Position numbers and translations under genes: made by a program. Of a stretch of DNA of 64,000 bases, positions 11,815 through 24,315 are shown in pieces. Source of the stretch: Camelus dromedarius (lineage: Eukaryota); NCBI RefSeq assembly GCF_036321535.1, contig NC_087436.1:108936001-109000000 (forward strand). Direction: 5' to 3'. The notes under the pieces were generated by a model that searched no databases, was not told where the DNA came from, and was given only the letters and a program-made list of their open reading frames with translations. The first letter of the stretch is position 1. Each line of letters starts with the position of its first letter.

Positions 11815-13885
11815 AGGCCTCTGAATTGTGTGGTTGGTTGAAACATGGACCAAAAGGTGGCCCACAGGAGATGCAGTTGGAATGGCAGAACTGCCTTATT
11901 ATACAGTAGAGGAAGGGATCCACAGTCTTAGGGATGCTGGAATGTTAGAGTGGATTTATCATGTGAGACCTACTCACCCACCCGGAGGGTGGTGGAAGCC
12001 ACGAGGCATTTTCACCTTGACTGGGAGAAATATATTTGTGAGGGGGAGTCCCAGCGTCCTTGAAGAGCTGTGTGGCCACTCTTTGTAGGTCAGAAATTAC
12101 AGTGGAAGCTTCTACTGCTAACGTTGGGTTCCTGCATCCAACGGGGATAAATGGATCCCAGGGCAGCAGAGACGGGGCGGCTGCACTAGGATCAAGAGAG
12201 ATAAGGAGGGTGCGGTTACCTCATGGGCAGCGGAGTGAAGGCAGGAACGAGAGCAGTCTGGCTCACAGAGGGTGATGGCGTCCCTGGCAGAAAACAGACG
12301 GGCAGTTTAATTCTTACCATCTCTGTCAGTGGAGGAAGTGTTTACAGGTCAGCTGAACAGAGGCCTCATGAGTCACCAATAACAAGTAACAGCCCCTCAA
12401 TCAATTTCCAAACTTGAGGAAGTTTACAGACCCAGAGCCCCTTGAATGAAAGGGTGGATGAGTCCTCTTGGGGAAAGACCCCACCACACTTGCAAAAATC
12501 TAAACTGTTCATCTTTCTCCAAGTCTTCTCCCAAAGATACCCATGGCCTTTTACTAGGGTGACCTCACGGGAAAAAGAAATGATCATCCTTCTCAAAGAC
12601 TACTGGACATTGGCTCTCAATTGAATTGATTCCAGGAGATCCCAATGTCACTGTGGTCCACCAAGTCAGAGCAGGGGCTTACAGAGGTCAGGTGATCAAT
12701 GGAGTTTTAGCTCAGATCTGCCCATAGTGGTCCCAGTGAGTCTCCCAAACCATCATTGATTATTTCTCCAGTTCTGGAATGTGCCATTGGAACAGGCATA
12801 CTCAGACACTGTCAGAATTTCCACGTTGGTTTTCTGACTTGTGAAGTGAGGGCTGTTACAGTAGAAAAGGCCAGGTGGAAGCCACTAGGAAAGCCTCGGA
12901 AACCTAGGAAAATAGTAAAGCACAATCAGGAGACTAGCAGAGATTAACGCCCTATGGAGGATTTCAATTATGTAGCAGTGATGGTTCCCACCATATCCTC
13001 ATTCAGTTCACCTGTTTGGCCCCTGTGGAAAACAGATGGACTTCAGAGAAAGACAGTGGATTATCAAATACTGAGCCAGGTGGCGACTCCTCTGGCAGCT
13101 GTTGTACCAGAAATGGTTTCATTGCTTGAGGAAATAAATACATCCCCGGGTTTGCAACTATTGACCTGGCAAATGCCCATTCCCCATTCCCATCCATCAG
13201 GCCCACCAGGAGCAGTCTACTTTCAGCTGGCCGGGCTAAAATATCAATGCTCCAGCCCTCCGTCATCGTGTAGTCCACAAGGACCTTGATCACCTTTCCC
13301 TCCCACAGGACATCACCCTGGTCTGTTACATCAACATTATGCTGATTGGACCTAATGAACAGAAAGTAGCAACTACTTTAGACTTATTGCTGACATTTGC
13401 TTGTCAGAGTATGGGAAATTAACCTAAATAAAATTCAGGGGCCTCCACCTTGGTGAAATTTCTAGGGGTCCAGTAGCATGGGGCATGTTGAAATAGTCCT
13501 TCAAAGGAGAAGGCTAAGTTGTATCTGACCCCTCCTACAACCAAAAAAATAGGCACATTTTGGAGGCAACATATCTGGGTGTGTTACTCTAACACCTTTG
13601 CTGAGTAAACTGAGAAGCTGCTAGTTTTGAGTGGGGCCCAGAACAAGAGGAGGCTCTGCAATGGTCCAGAGGGCCAGAGAGTTGATATGTCCCTGATGTA
13701 CAGTGAAGCTGCATAGCTGGCCTGGCCAGCACAGAGCAAACTGCTTCTTGTGGGTCTGATGGACAAGCATGGAGAACAACTATTTGCAGGCCATCCTGCC
13801 CCTGGGGCCACCTTACCCAGTAGATCCAACTGTGCTGGAAGTGTCAGTGGCAAACAAAGATGCTGCTTAGAATCTCTGACCTACA
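11815..13885 (+). mobile_element. ERV-L internal fragment (gag end, protease, RT), decayed
   Basis: Fragmentary frames WTKRWPT...ELPYYTVEEGIHSLRDAGMLEWIYH (ERV-L gag) and VPTISSFSSPVWPLWKTDG..KTVDY..L.QV (RT start). An RT catalytic-motif remnant (tgttacatcaacattatgctgattgg) lies near 13325. Many stops and frameshifts. Confidence 0.85.
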
Positions 13886-13979
13886 GCAATCATTTTATTG
13901 AGGTAGATAATAAGCAGGTTTTAAAACTTCCCCAAATTCTCCATTATTCTTTATTTTTCCTTCTGCACACTTCACCTGA

Positions 13980-14389
13980 TGTGAAGGTTCATTTTATCTG
14001 TCAACTTGGCTGGGCCACAATACCTATATATGTGTTCAAACAGTCTTCTGGATATTTCTGTAAGGGTGTTTTTGGATGAGATGAACATTTATATTGGTGG
14101 ACTTTGAGTAAAGCAGATTGCTCTCCATAATGTGGGTGGGCCTCATCCAATCAGTTGAAGGCCCAAGTAGACTAGAAGATTACCTCCCCTGAGTAAGAGG
14201 AGACTCTGCGTTAGAAACATTCTTTGTACTTGAACTGCAACGTGGCTCGCTCCTGGTCTCCAGCCTGCTGGTCCACCCTGAAGATTTTAATCTTGCTAGT
14301 CTCCAAGACTGCATCAGCCAATTTCTTAAAAGGAATATTTCTATCTGTTAACACACCCTGCTTGTTCTGTTTCTTTGGACAATAATACA
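13980..14389 (+). mobile_element. MLT2 (ERV-L) LTR
   Basis: tgtgaaggttcattttatctgtcaacttggctgggccac...ctccataatgtgggtgggcctcatccaatcagttgaaggcc...taataca, TG...CA termini. Confidence 0.85.
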
Positions 14390-14958
14390 CCAGATTTCTC
14401 CATGCCGAGGAGTAATTTCTGGTTGTCCAACAAAGCAGCCTGTAAAAAGGTTACTCTGTGATCTGAATCTCTAACTCTCAACCCCACAGTCTCTAAAATA
14501 CTCGTTGTGTGTTGAGAGGAACTGGCTGAATTTGGTCTTTGGCTCCTACATTGGTTTCAAGAGATTGGTGCTGGAATACATCTGAGTAGGTTCATAGAAC
14601 AGAATGAAGGCAAATGACCGAGTTAGCTTCATCAGGGATGTCTGTATATTTTCTAATTAAAATCAAATACAGTTAAGATGGAACATTCTTGATTAGCTGT
14701 CCTCACTGGGAAGATTACCAGGTAATTGCTAATTCTTGCTTTTGCAGTTTGCTGTGCATAATCTTACCTGATTTGTGGTTGAGCTATGAATAGCGGAGTT
14801 AAAATGAATTTAAATTTAATGTATTTCCTAGTCATTAGAACTTTTAATTAAGTTTTTTAAATAATCAAAATTATTTAATACATTAGATAAAATAATTTAT
14901 TCTCATATGCTGGTGGAAAAGGAAAATCCAAAAACTCTGCCCAAATTTTAAGTTTTAG

Positions 14959-14974
14959 ACACTAGATGGCGCTG
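14959..14974 (+). promoter_or_regulatory. CTCF-like motif ACACTAGATGGCGCTG
   Basis: Close match to the CTCF core CCACTAGATGGCGCT. Confidence 0.5.
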
Positions 14975-17199
14975 ACTAACTATTTCTGGCTTGCTTTCTC
15001 TCTGCTCCCTCTTTTTTTTTTTTTTTTGCTTTGCAGACTTCAACCCCAGTTAATGTTTTCTATTGCCAGCTGGTAAATTGAAAAGTGGAAAAATATAAAG
15101 GCTATTTACTGATGATGTTGAACAAGATAGAGGTTTTATTAATGGAGAACTGAACACATTTTGTAATTCAATTGCTAGCAAAATTATTTTCTTTATTGTC
15201 ACATATCTGTATGGTTAAAAGCAGGAAATAGGATCAGCATTGAAATGTGGACAAAAAATCTGGTCAGGCTAAATGCAATCAGCATTGACTGGGAGTGCTT
15301 ATCTTTGACCAAATAATAAGTGGAGGGAAATGACTATAACATAATACATCTGCTGAGCTGCTTTGAAAAATTGGTTTTGACCACATATAATAGACCATTT
15401 GCATTTTCATCATTCTTGCACCCAAGAACACTAGTAGGGCTTGCAAATGTCAAGAGAGATTCTTTCTGCTGGAGAATTTTGCCTCAAAGTAAAGAAAAAA
15501 AATCTCTGTAAGAAATTTTCTTGGGGACCCAGTATTTAAATTTTATCACAGCTTGTCCCTTTGCATTATATTTACCACTAGACTTGTCTAGCCCGTATAA
15601 AACATTCAGGGTGGCCTCTAATGGTCTTGCAGCGATGGTCTGATTGCAAAGTAGAGCTAAGATTAGGAATCACGTGAAGCACGAATAATACTACACTACT
15701 AGTTTTTAAAACCATTTTAGAGGCAAAATTCTGAATTTAAAATACATCAGGATCTTTGATCAGTAGTGAGGATTTGGCAAATATGAATAAAGAAGCAATC
15801 CAAAGACCGTGTAGGCCTCCCCCCCCCCCCGAAAGCCTAGACTAGGGAATGTTAAAAATCACAGATGCTGAACAAGTATTATTAGGGGGCCTTGAAAACA
15901 CGTTGACGCAACAGGGGAAGAAAGTAGTAATGTTCAAGAGAGAGCATCTCCAAAGGGAAAGAGGCAAGATATGAGGTTACATTTAACAGCATCTGAAGTA
16001 TTTATCGGTGTTTTTGGAGGCTGGCCAAGGAAGATGACTTTTAACACCCAAGTTAGCATAGTAGCCCTACTCAGGGCAGCCCCCAGCCTCCAGCCTTCTC
16101 CCTGCTTCCTTTCAGTGCTGGAGTCAAACTCGGGTTATCTGAGGAGCCAAACTTTCAAAATATGTTGGGGACTCTAACCCCTGCGCCCACAGTCCCATCC
16201 TGTTCTTAGTTATGAATAAGCATCTCTGAGGCTTCCTTTTCTTCTCAGTGAAGAACTCAAGCCCCTCTTTGAGATCACAAGGGAGGAAATAAGTGTATGC
16301 ATCTTGGGTGCTGTTCTCCAGATGCCAAGTCTCTCTCCAGATAGTAATTAGGGAGAAGTTTAACAGAACATTTAGCAATGGTGCCCTGGGGGTCTGAAAG
16401 AGTTAATTTCTCTCTTTAAACAATTACCACCAAAGTGTTACTTCTGGGAGGAAATCTATTCTATTCTGTTCATGAAAGAGAGGGACCTGGAGGCTGAAGT
16501 GCACTGGGGGTAGATGTGCATTGTTAATATCCTTAAAAATAGCAAAGAATAGAATTCAAAGGACTTCAATAAATCGAAGAAAAGACCTTTTAAAAATAGT
16601 GATAAGTGCCAGATGGCACACATAGAAATCAATATTCTGAGTCCTTTAGGGACTGGCTTAATTCTTTCAGGTCCCATGTAGCATCTGACACAGAGATTTG
16701 CACTTAGTGGGTGCCTAATTAATATTTTTTGAATCAGGTTGAATTGAGCATAAGTACAAACACACACACACACACACACATCAGTAGAACACAAGCTGAA
16801 AAAGTAGCTAATCCTAGAATCTTACCAGGTGTGGACAAGTAATATTTGAGCTTAATTATTATTATATTATTTATTAGTTGCTTAGTTTCTGGGACATTTA
16901 TGTTCAGTTTTAAACATAATTTAAAACTCAGGTTGGAGATTAAAAGAAGCAATTCAGGAAAAATAACAATAACATCATGTTAAAAGGCATCAACTCATTC
17001 CTTCATTCCCTCAATACACATTTCGTGATAAGACAGGTCACAAGCTGCCTCTGCCTTGGATGATTCTTGAATGAAAGCACATCCATGCACGAGGCATCCT
17101 CTGAAGCCGGATGGAGTAGGCTCCGAGGATCTCCTGTGTGGAATAACAGCCTCTCCTCTGGCTCTGTGGCTCTGAGGCTCTGACCCAGCCTCAGCCTTC

Positions 17200-17790
17200 C
17201 CTTCCACACCCTCCTCTGCGGTGCAGGGGCTGGGTCTCTGCGGACTGCTTTCCCTGCGCTGGCTCCTTTTTACAGTCTGCCAATAGGTGGCGCTAGAGAG
17301 AAAGAGCGCGTCCCAAGTAAGGCGGCCACTTGCCCCTTGCTGTTGGCTCGCTGTTTCCGTCAGTGTCAGGACAGCTTAGCAGCTGGTTTCACTGAACAGA
17401 CTTGTTCCATATTTTCAGAAGCATACTTAACACATCCCTCAGAGATACTATCCCCAGTGGGCCGGTCACCCCTAGTTCCCCCAAACTTAATCCCAGCCCC
17501 ACAGGTATCAGCCACAGCCAGCAGGGCCACTTCCTCAGTGGCCTGGATCCACATCCACCAACATCTTTTCTAAGTCTCCAGGTTCTAGTCACTGTAACCT
17601 GTTCCCTTTGTTCCCCGAGCCCTCGGGGTAGCAGCAGCTTCCTAAAATTCTATCTCTGTGTAACATGTGTCCTCTTTTCACTCTTGTAGCTTTTGTTGTC
17701 CTCTGATACCTTGTCAACCCGTTCCCTACAGGATATACAGTTACAACTGCTGGTGTTTCCTGTTTTCTAACCCGAAGCAGACTAACATCC
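17200..17790 (+). mobile_element. Old ERVL LTR (LTR41/LTR33-like) carrying a CTCF-like motif at 17280-17294
   Basis: ggggctgggtctctgcggactgctttccc...tctgccaataggtggcgctagag...actgctggtgtttcctgttttctaacc. Confidence 0.5.
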
Positions 17791-18166
17791 TCGCCCATCA
17801 CTTATTAACTCCTGATACATGAGCGATCTTCTTGTTCACTGTCCCCTGCATTCCATTTGAACAGAAGCTCCTTCAGGGCATGGAATTTGTATTTGCTTTC
17901 CTGCTGAATCCCCAGCCCTTGGAACTGCCTTCTGCTTAGAATGCCCTCAATGCACATTTGTTGAATGAACAAATAAATGAATGAAGGATGCTGGATGCAT
18001 GAATGAATGATGTAGCTGTGGCGGTTACCCTTCCCTCCTACCCCCTAACCCTATCGCATTCCCACACCTTTCACTCTACCAACATTTCCTAGACCAAACT
18101 CGGCTTTTACTGCCACCCCTCATGCTAATTGGTACAGAATAAAACTAGCAATATTGGAACGTTTAG

Positions 18167-18380
18167 GTCAGTGTTTCTCAACTATCCTCTCCAAGGGACA
18201 TCTGGCAATGTCTGGAGACCTTTCAGGTTATCACGACTGGCAGGTGAAGGGCCTTCTGGCATACAGGGGGCAGAGGCCAAGGATGCTACTACACACTGAA
18301 CAATGTGCAAGACAATGCCCCAAAACAAACAATTATCAGGTCCAGAATGTCATTGGTGTTGCTGTTTAGAAACCCTGGTT
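18167..18380. mobile_element. MER20 hAT element
   Basis: cagtgtttctcaac...gggacatctggcaatgtctggagac...gaggccaaggatgct...agaaaccctg. Confidence 0.8.
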
Positions 18381-19374
18381 TAGGCTTTTAACCTGTTTAG
18401 AAGCAAGGGATTCCTTAGCTAACCTTTTAAGGCAACTTTTAGTCTTGCGAATTTATTTCTTCATCTATACAAGGCCAAATATTCACAATGAAAAAAAGAT
18501 ACAATTTGCTTGATCTTGGCCAAAGATTTTTTTTAATGGTATCTCAAATTCTGCAGACAGGATATTCCCATGACTGGCTCTTTGGCTGGGCACTTTTTAG
18601 TTATAGATACAGTGCCTACGATTAAAAAGGGGGTAGTGATGTGATAGCTGGAGGGCTGCGATGGGGCAGCAGGCTGTTTATGAAGGTGCATAAGAAATGT
18701 TTAAAAGAACAGAGCATGTTCTTCATATCGATTCAAATCCCGTAATAATAATTACAAGAGCCAGCTGTTTTTTCCCCAAATAATCCAGAGAGTAGCCATT
18801 AACTGGAGACAGAGAGTTTAAAAATGACATAAATCACTTGGGTATTTGCACTTTGAAGGTCATTTGGATAAACCAGGTGGTTTCCTCCTAGACTTCAATT
18901 ATCAAAATCTATTTGCTTAAAAAAAAAAAAACTGACCCACTTGGGTAATTGCTATTCTGATGAACTCCAAACCTAAGCCGCTTCCTCTGCTCCCACACTT
19001 CCTTGAACAAGTTTATTCTATCATCTTAGCTACCCCAATATCCAAGAGGTATATTTTTCTTCTCCGTGCGTGGCAGTAATCCCATCTCATATATCAAATG
19101 AAATACAAATACAATGAGACTGTCATACATTTCCCAGCGCAATTCCCAGAGTCATTACTTTGTGACATCCTCTTTCCAAACTAGACTGACTAACTTTTTA
19201 GTAAACACGTTTGAGCCTTCATCCTTATTTATCATCCTTTCAATTATAACTCCACTAATCTGATAATTAAAGATGGTCATTAAAAAGACATTTAGTTGGA
19301 TTCATATACATGCTGCAAAAATTGTAGTTGCTTAAAGCCATTAAAGACAGCTTATTCCAGAGAGTACCTGTGAA

Positions 19375-19548
19375 GCCTGCCAGATAAAATAGATATTCAG
19401 TTAGATATCAGATAAACAGCCATTTTTTTAACACAAGTATGTCCCATGTAATATGTGAGACAGACTTGTACTAACATTTTTGTGATTTATAGAAAATGCA
19501 AATTCAACTGGATGTCCTGTGTTTTCATTTGCTAATCTGACAATCTTA
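19375..19548. mobile_element. MER53-like hAT element
   Basis: tgccagataaaata...cagataaacagc...aagtatgtcccatg...ctaatctgacaatct with inverted ends. Confidence 0.65.
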
Positions 19549-21399
19549 GTGCTTGTCTGCCAAGGACCTACATCTTTGTAAGCTCCTCTAATACAGAATT
19601 CATTTTAAGTGACATGAGTAAGAATACTTTCTTTTTATGTGATTCACGGACTCTTCTTCTAATGAAGAGATGCTCATAAAATAACTAAAATCCATAGGAC
19701 TATTCACATCATTGAAAATAATGCAGTCATGAACTCCAGTTTCAAATTATGGACCCACAATGTCCCGAAACCAGGTTCAGTGATAATGACCATTTGTAAA
19801 GTACACAGTTGCTGTTTCCTTTATGCTCGAATGCAAGTAAAACTCAGTCCTTCTCTCCCTCCTTAATCACAACTCCGTGGGGAAAACTCAGTGATTCCCC
19901 TCTTGGTTGACGATCAGTGGACATGGCGTGTGAAGAAAATAAGTCCTTAGCCATGTCACATATGGTCATCGAACCAGACTCAGGCTCTGCTGATCTGATT
20001 ACCTGCATTTTCTCCTGATTAATTCTGAATGACACAGAGAAATCAATCATGAGGACAGCCAAAATAATCATCAAGGCACTTGATTCAGTTACGTAAACTT
20101 GACCTTAACCTCCTCCTCTCAACCCATGCTCATTTCAAAGAGATTTCAACAGAGGAGAAAAAAATGAAAGTTATAGAGGTAATGTTTTTCTCAGAACCTG
20201 CCATCTTACAAGCCAATAATTTTAATAGATTCCATTAGACACAATTTACTAGCTTTAGGAATCCTTTTGTTTCTCCTCTGACTTTTCTTTACACTGAGAA
20301 CACACACTACAAAATCTTCATCATATAAAACGTCTGCTCTGAATTGAATACCATACACTAAGTAACTCAGCACCAACTTCACAACCCAAAATACTTAAAC
20401 AGAATTCCTTGTAATAATACACTGGTGTTTGTATTCGTGAAAAAAATATACTATTAAAAAAATAAAGTTAAATGGTCTGCCTTCCTAAATCTGAGGACAC
20501 AATAATAGAAGTTTCTTCTCTCCTGGATGAAAATTCTGTCTATTCTTCATAATATAGATGTAAATATCTTCTTACTTTAAAGTTTCAAAGGTTAAATTTC
20601 TAACTACAGCATGTTCATTAACTCCTTGCGTAGTGACTGAAAGCCTACTTTCAAGGTGTGAAAGACGCTGGTGCTGAACATGAGGTCGTCGACACCAAAA
20701 TGAAGGGAAAATAAAGGAGGAGGCCAAGTTTTACAGTAAAAACCAAGTGCATCAGTAGCTTTAGTGAAGAAGTTTAAAAGCAGAGCCCACAGGAAGATTC
20801 AAATACTTCTATCTAAGGGGTCAGAGAAATCTCCTGGAGGGACTGTACGATGTAATTTTGGAAGGACAAATATGAGTTTGTCACCTGAACCAAGAGAACA
20901 AGGATATACTTATCACAAAAACAAAACACAACAAAACGAAACAAGACAAAACAAAAAAACAGCACCTGCATCACGAAGGTATGAAGTAAGTTGTGCGCTG
21001 GGAGACTCCGGGTGTTTTAAGAGGTTTGAGCACCTATGTGAAGAAAAGAGTAGGGATGAAGCCACAGAAGTGAGAAAGGCATTGACGCTTCCCTTTGAAG
21101 TAATGATGGATCATCTAAGAAAATCCACGGGCAGCGGCTGGGCTGTCAAAGGGAGCAGATTGGCTCACTGTAGCCCAAGGAATGGGCCCCAACTAGTGCA
21201 CCCATGAAAGGGGAACTAGAAGCAATCTTAGAGAGGAACTAAGGGCACCCCAGAGGGATCAGTGACTTTGAAAGAGAGGACGTTTGCTTTGTGACATCTG
21301 GACATCATTCATTCACCCAGCATTTATTAAGGAGCTGCTGTGTGCCAGCACTGGGCTGGGTGTGCAAAGTGGAGGACAATTAAAACGTGTCTCCTTTTA

Positions 21400-21850
21400 T
21401 TATTTTCCTATTGATGCTTTAAAATTATCTGGAACAGAGGTGTAAAACAACACAAATTTCTTATCTCACAGTTCTGGAGGTTGGAAGTCCACGTGTGTCC
21501 CGCTGGACTACAATCAAGGTGTTGGCAGAGCTGCGTTTCCTTCTGAAGGCTTGAGGAAAGAAAACATTTTCTTGCCTTTTCTAGCTTCTAGAGGCCACTG
21601 GCTTTCCTTGGCTTATGGCTGCCATATCCCTCTTCAAAGTCAGCACTGGCCAGTCAGATCACTCTCCTGCGACATCACTCTAAGCAGAGAATCCTGCCTC
21701 CTTCTTCCGTTTTTAAGGACCCTTGGAATTACATTGGGCCCACCTGGATAATCCAAGACCTTCTTCCCATTTCAATGTCAGCTGACTGGCAAACTCACAT
21801 TTATCTACAACCTGAATTCCCCCTTGCCATAAAACATAACATGTTCACCT
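21400..21850 (-). mobile_element. MLT1 (MaLR) LTR
   Basis: aaacaacacaaatttcttatctcacagttctggaggttggaagtcc...ttacattgggcccacctggataatcc. Confidence 0.75.
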
Positions 21851-22930
21851 GGTCTGTGGGCAGGGCAGAATGCAAAGCCCAGTCCACTCAAGGTCAAATG
21901 AGGTCAAAGCTGAGCATTGGCTCCTTGGAGATTTACTGGAATCCAGAAGCAGACTTTTAGCTTTATTTAGGTTATCCCCTGTTAGAGATGGAATAGCCTG
22001 GTGAAACTACAGGAGAAAATCAGTAAATAGAATAGGAATAAAAGACCAGGCAAGTATGATGATCTTTTCCAGGTGGGATAAACAGTGAACTCTCAGCGGA
22101 CAATGTTTTTCTGTTGCTGGGCCGACTAGCTGTGGTGGCCGAGTTGTTTATCTTTAAGAAAACATACCTATATCTTTTAACTTGACAACTACAATATAAT
22201 CTGTCTGGGAGCTGTTCATCATTTAAGAAAGGGTGAAAAAGTCCTCTCCCAGAAAGTGTTGGAATCCATGAGCTGAAATGATGATAACATCATGAAAGGC
22301 ATCATAATTTATCTGGAGCATGTAAATCACCAGGGGCCCCTGCGAGGATGCTCGCTAAAATGATGAATAACTCTGCGAGCTGGAAGATCAGCCCCAAGGA
22401 ATTCACCAGCAAGCTTTTGACAGGAGAGCTGCCTCCCAGTCTCTCCCGGTTGGGAGGAGGCAATGACTTAACAGATTTGAAAATTCAGTTTTGTAACCAC
22501 TTGTTAAAATGTTCACTTTACGATTTTGCCCACAAAGGCACAGTCTGGAAAGGACAGAACCGCTATTCCAGGATGCTGATCAATATTTAAGCTGGTATGG
22601 GTATGGCTGGCCTGCCAAACTTTTTTTTTTTTCCAACTGCTATATTCTGCTAGGTCTCAGCTGACTCCCTCCTTGCCAGTATCACTAGTCTTACAGCCAA
22701 ATAATCCTGCTTTTCCCAAGACAGGAGGTCTCTGGTGTGTCTACATACCACTGCAGCTGCCTCCAACACAAAGTGCAAGTGGAAATGTTGGAAAAGGGGA
22801 ATATAGTTTTGTGTGTTCTATTTTAGAAAGTCTAACATTTATAGTAAAAGATCAATAGATGACAGTATATTGCAGTTTTCTCTTTAGATGGATGTAGATG
22901 ATAAAATTCTTTTCAGTTTTGGTAATTCTT

Positions 22931-23096
22931 TTTGTGTTGTTTTGGGGGTTTGGGGTTGGGGAGGTAATTAGGTTAGTTTATTTATTTATTTATTTATTCA
23001 TTCATTCATTCATTCATTTTAGTGGAGGTACTAGGGATTGAACCCAGGACCTTGTGCATGCTAAGCACATACTCTACCCCTGAGCTATACTCTCCC
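22931..23096 (-). mobile_element. tRNA-Ala-derived SINE (camelid vic-1-like) with TSD
   Basis: Minus strand reads GGGAGAGTATAGCTCAGGGGTAGAGTATGTGCTTAGCATGCACAAGGTCCTGGGTTCAATCCCTAGTACCTCCA (tRNA-Ala-AGC-like A/B boxes), then (TGAA)n(TAAA)n and acctaattacctcccc. TSD agttttggtaattctt (22915-22930) / agttttggaaactctt (23101-23116). Confidence 0.8.
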
Positions 23097-23114
23097 TTCT
23101 AGTTTTGGAAACTC

Positions 23115-23508
23115 TTATGGGCTGAATGTTTGTGTCCCTCCAAATTCCCGTATTGAAGCTCTAACCCCCAATGTGATAGTATTTGCATGCGGGGCCTCTG
23201 GGTGGTAATTAGGATTAGATAAGGTTATGTAGATGGGGTTTCCTCATGATGGGGATTAGTGCCTTTATAAAAATAAGAAGAACAAGAACTCTCTTTCTCT
23301 CAACAGGCATGCAGAGAGGAATAGCCGTGAGAGTGCACAGCGAGAAGGTGGCTGTCTACAAGCCAGGAAATGAGCCCTCATCGTGGACCAGATCTTCTGG
23401 CACCTTGATCCTGGATTTCCAGGCTCCAGAACTATGAGAAATAAATGTCTGTGGTTTAAGCCATCCAGTCAATGGTGTTTTTGTTATAGTAGCCTGAGCT
23501 GACAGACA
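23115..23508 (+). mobile_element. MLT1A-like LTR
   Basis: tatgggctgaatgtttgtgtccctccaaattc...tttgttatagtagcctgagctgacagaca. Confidence 0.8.
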
Positions 23509-23884
23509 GTGATTTAAGAGCAAAACTTTCTTGTTAATTTTCATATTGCCTGCATCATCTATCACAGTCCTTTGAATATTGAGAGCACTTTTATTAAAAA
23601 TAATGAATGATAGTAGTGATCATAAGAGACATGGTTTGGGTGCTTACTCTGTTTCAGTTGCCATGTTAAACACATGGCATATTTTATCTCATTTAATTCT
23701 CACAGAAGCCATATGTCGTAGTAGGTATTATTTTTTTTTATCAATATTACAGCTAAGGAATTAAAGTTTGAAGAATTAAAATTAACGTGTTCAGAGTCTC
23801 CAAGCTAGGGAACTGCAGAGCTGAGATATGACCCAGGTGTGCTTGACTCCAGAGTGTGAATCTTAATCTGTGTTAACCTAGCAA

Positions 23885-24315
23885 TACTGGTTTCTAAGTT
23901 TCCGTAATAAACTACCTCAAACTGGTGACTTAGAATAAGAAGTTATTCCGTCACAGTTCTGGAGACATAATCAAGTTGTCAGGAGGGCCATGATCCTTCT
24001 GAAGGCTCTAAAGAAGAAAATCTTCTTTCCTCTTCCTACCTTCTGGTGGGTCCCATCAATCTTTGGCCTTCCTGGTCTTGCAGACCCATCACCCAACCTC
24101 TGCCTCCATCTTTACATGGCCTATTTATCTATGTCTCTCTGTACGTCCTCTCTTCTTTGTATAAGGTCACCACTCATTGGATTAAAGGTCCACCCTAGTC
24201 CACTATGTCCTTATTTTAGCTAATTAAGTCTGCAGAGATTCTCCTTCTCAACAAGGTTACATTCTGAATTCTGGGTGCACGTGAATTGTGGAGGAATACT
24301 GTTCAATTCACTACA
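23885..24315 (-). mobile_element. MLT1 LTR
   Basis: tcacagttctggagac...gggccatgatccttctgaaggctct...aggttacattctga..tactgttcaattcactaca. Confidence 0.7.

Noticed and set aside
11828..13289. ERV-L ORFs as a domesticated gag/pol gene
   Set aside because: Fragmented by many stops and frameshifts, with a damaged RT catalytic motif.
20764..21207. 147-aa plus-strand ORF
   Set aside because: GTG start, includes an (ACAAA)n-like simple repeat and has no recognisable domain.
23022..23096. Possible tRNA-Ala(AGC) gene
   Set aside because: Stem mismatches, SINE body and tail, and a TSD indicate a tRNA-derived SINE.
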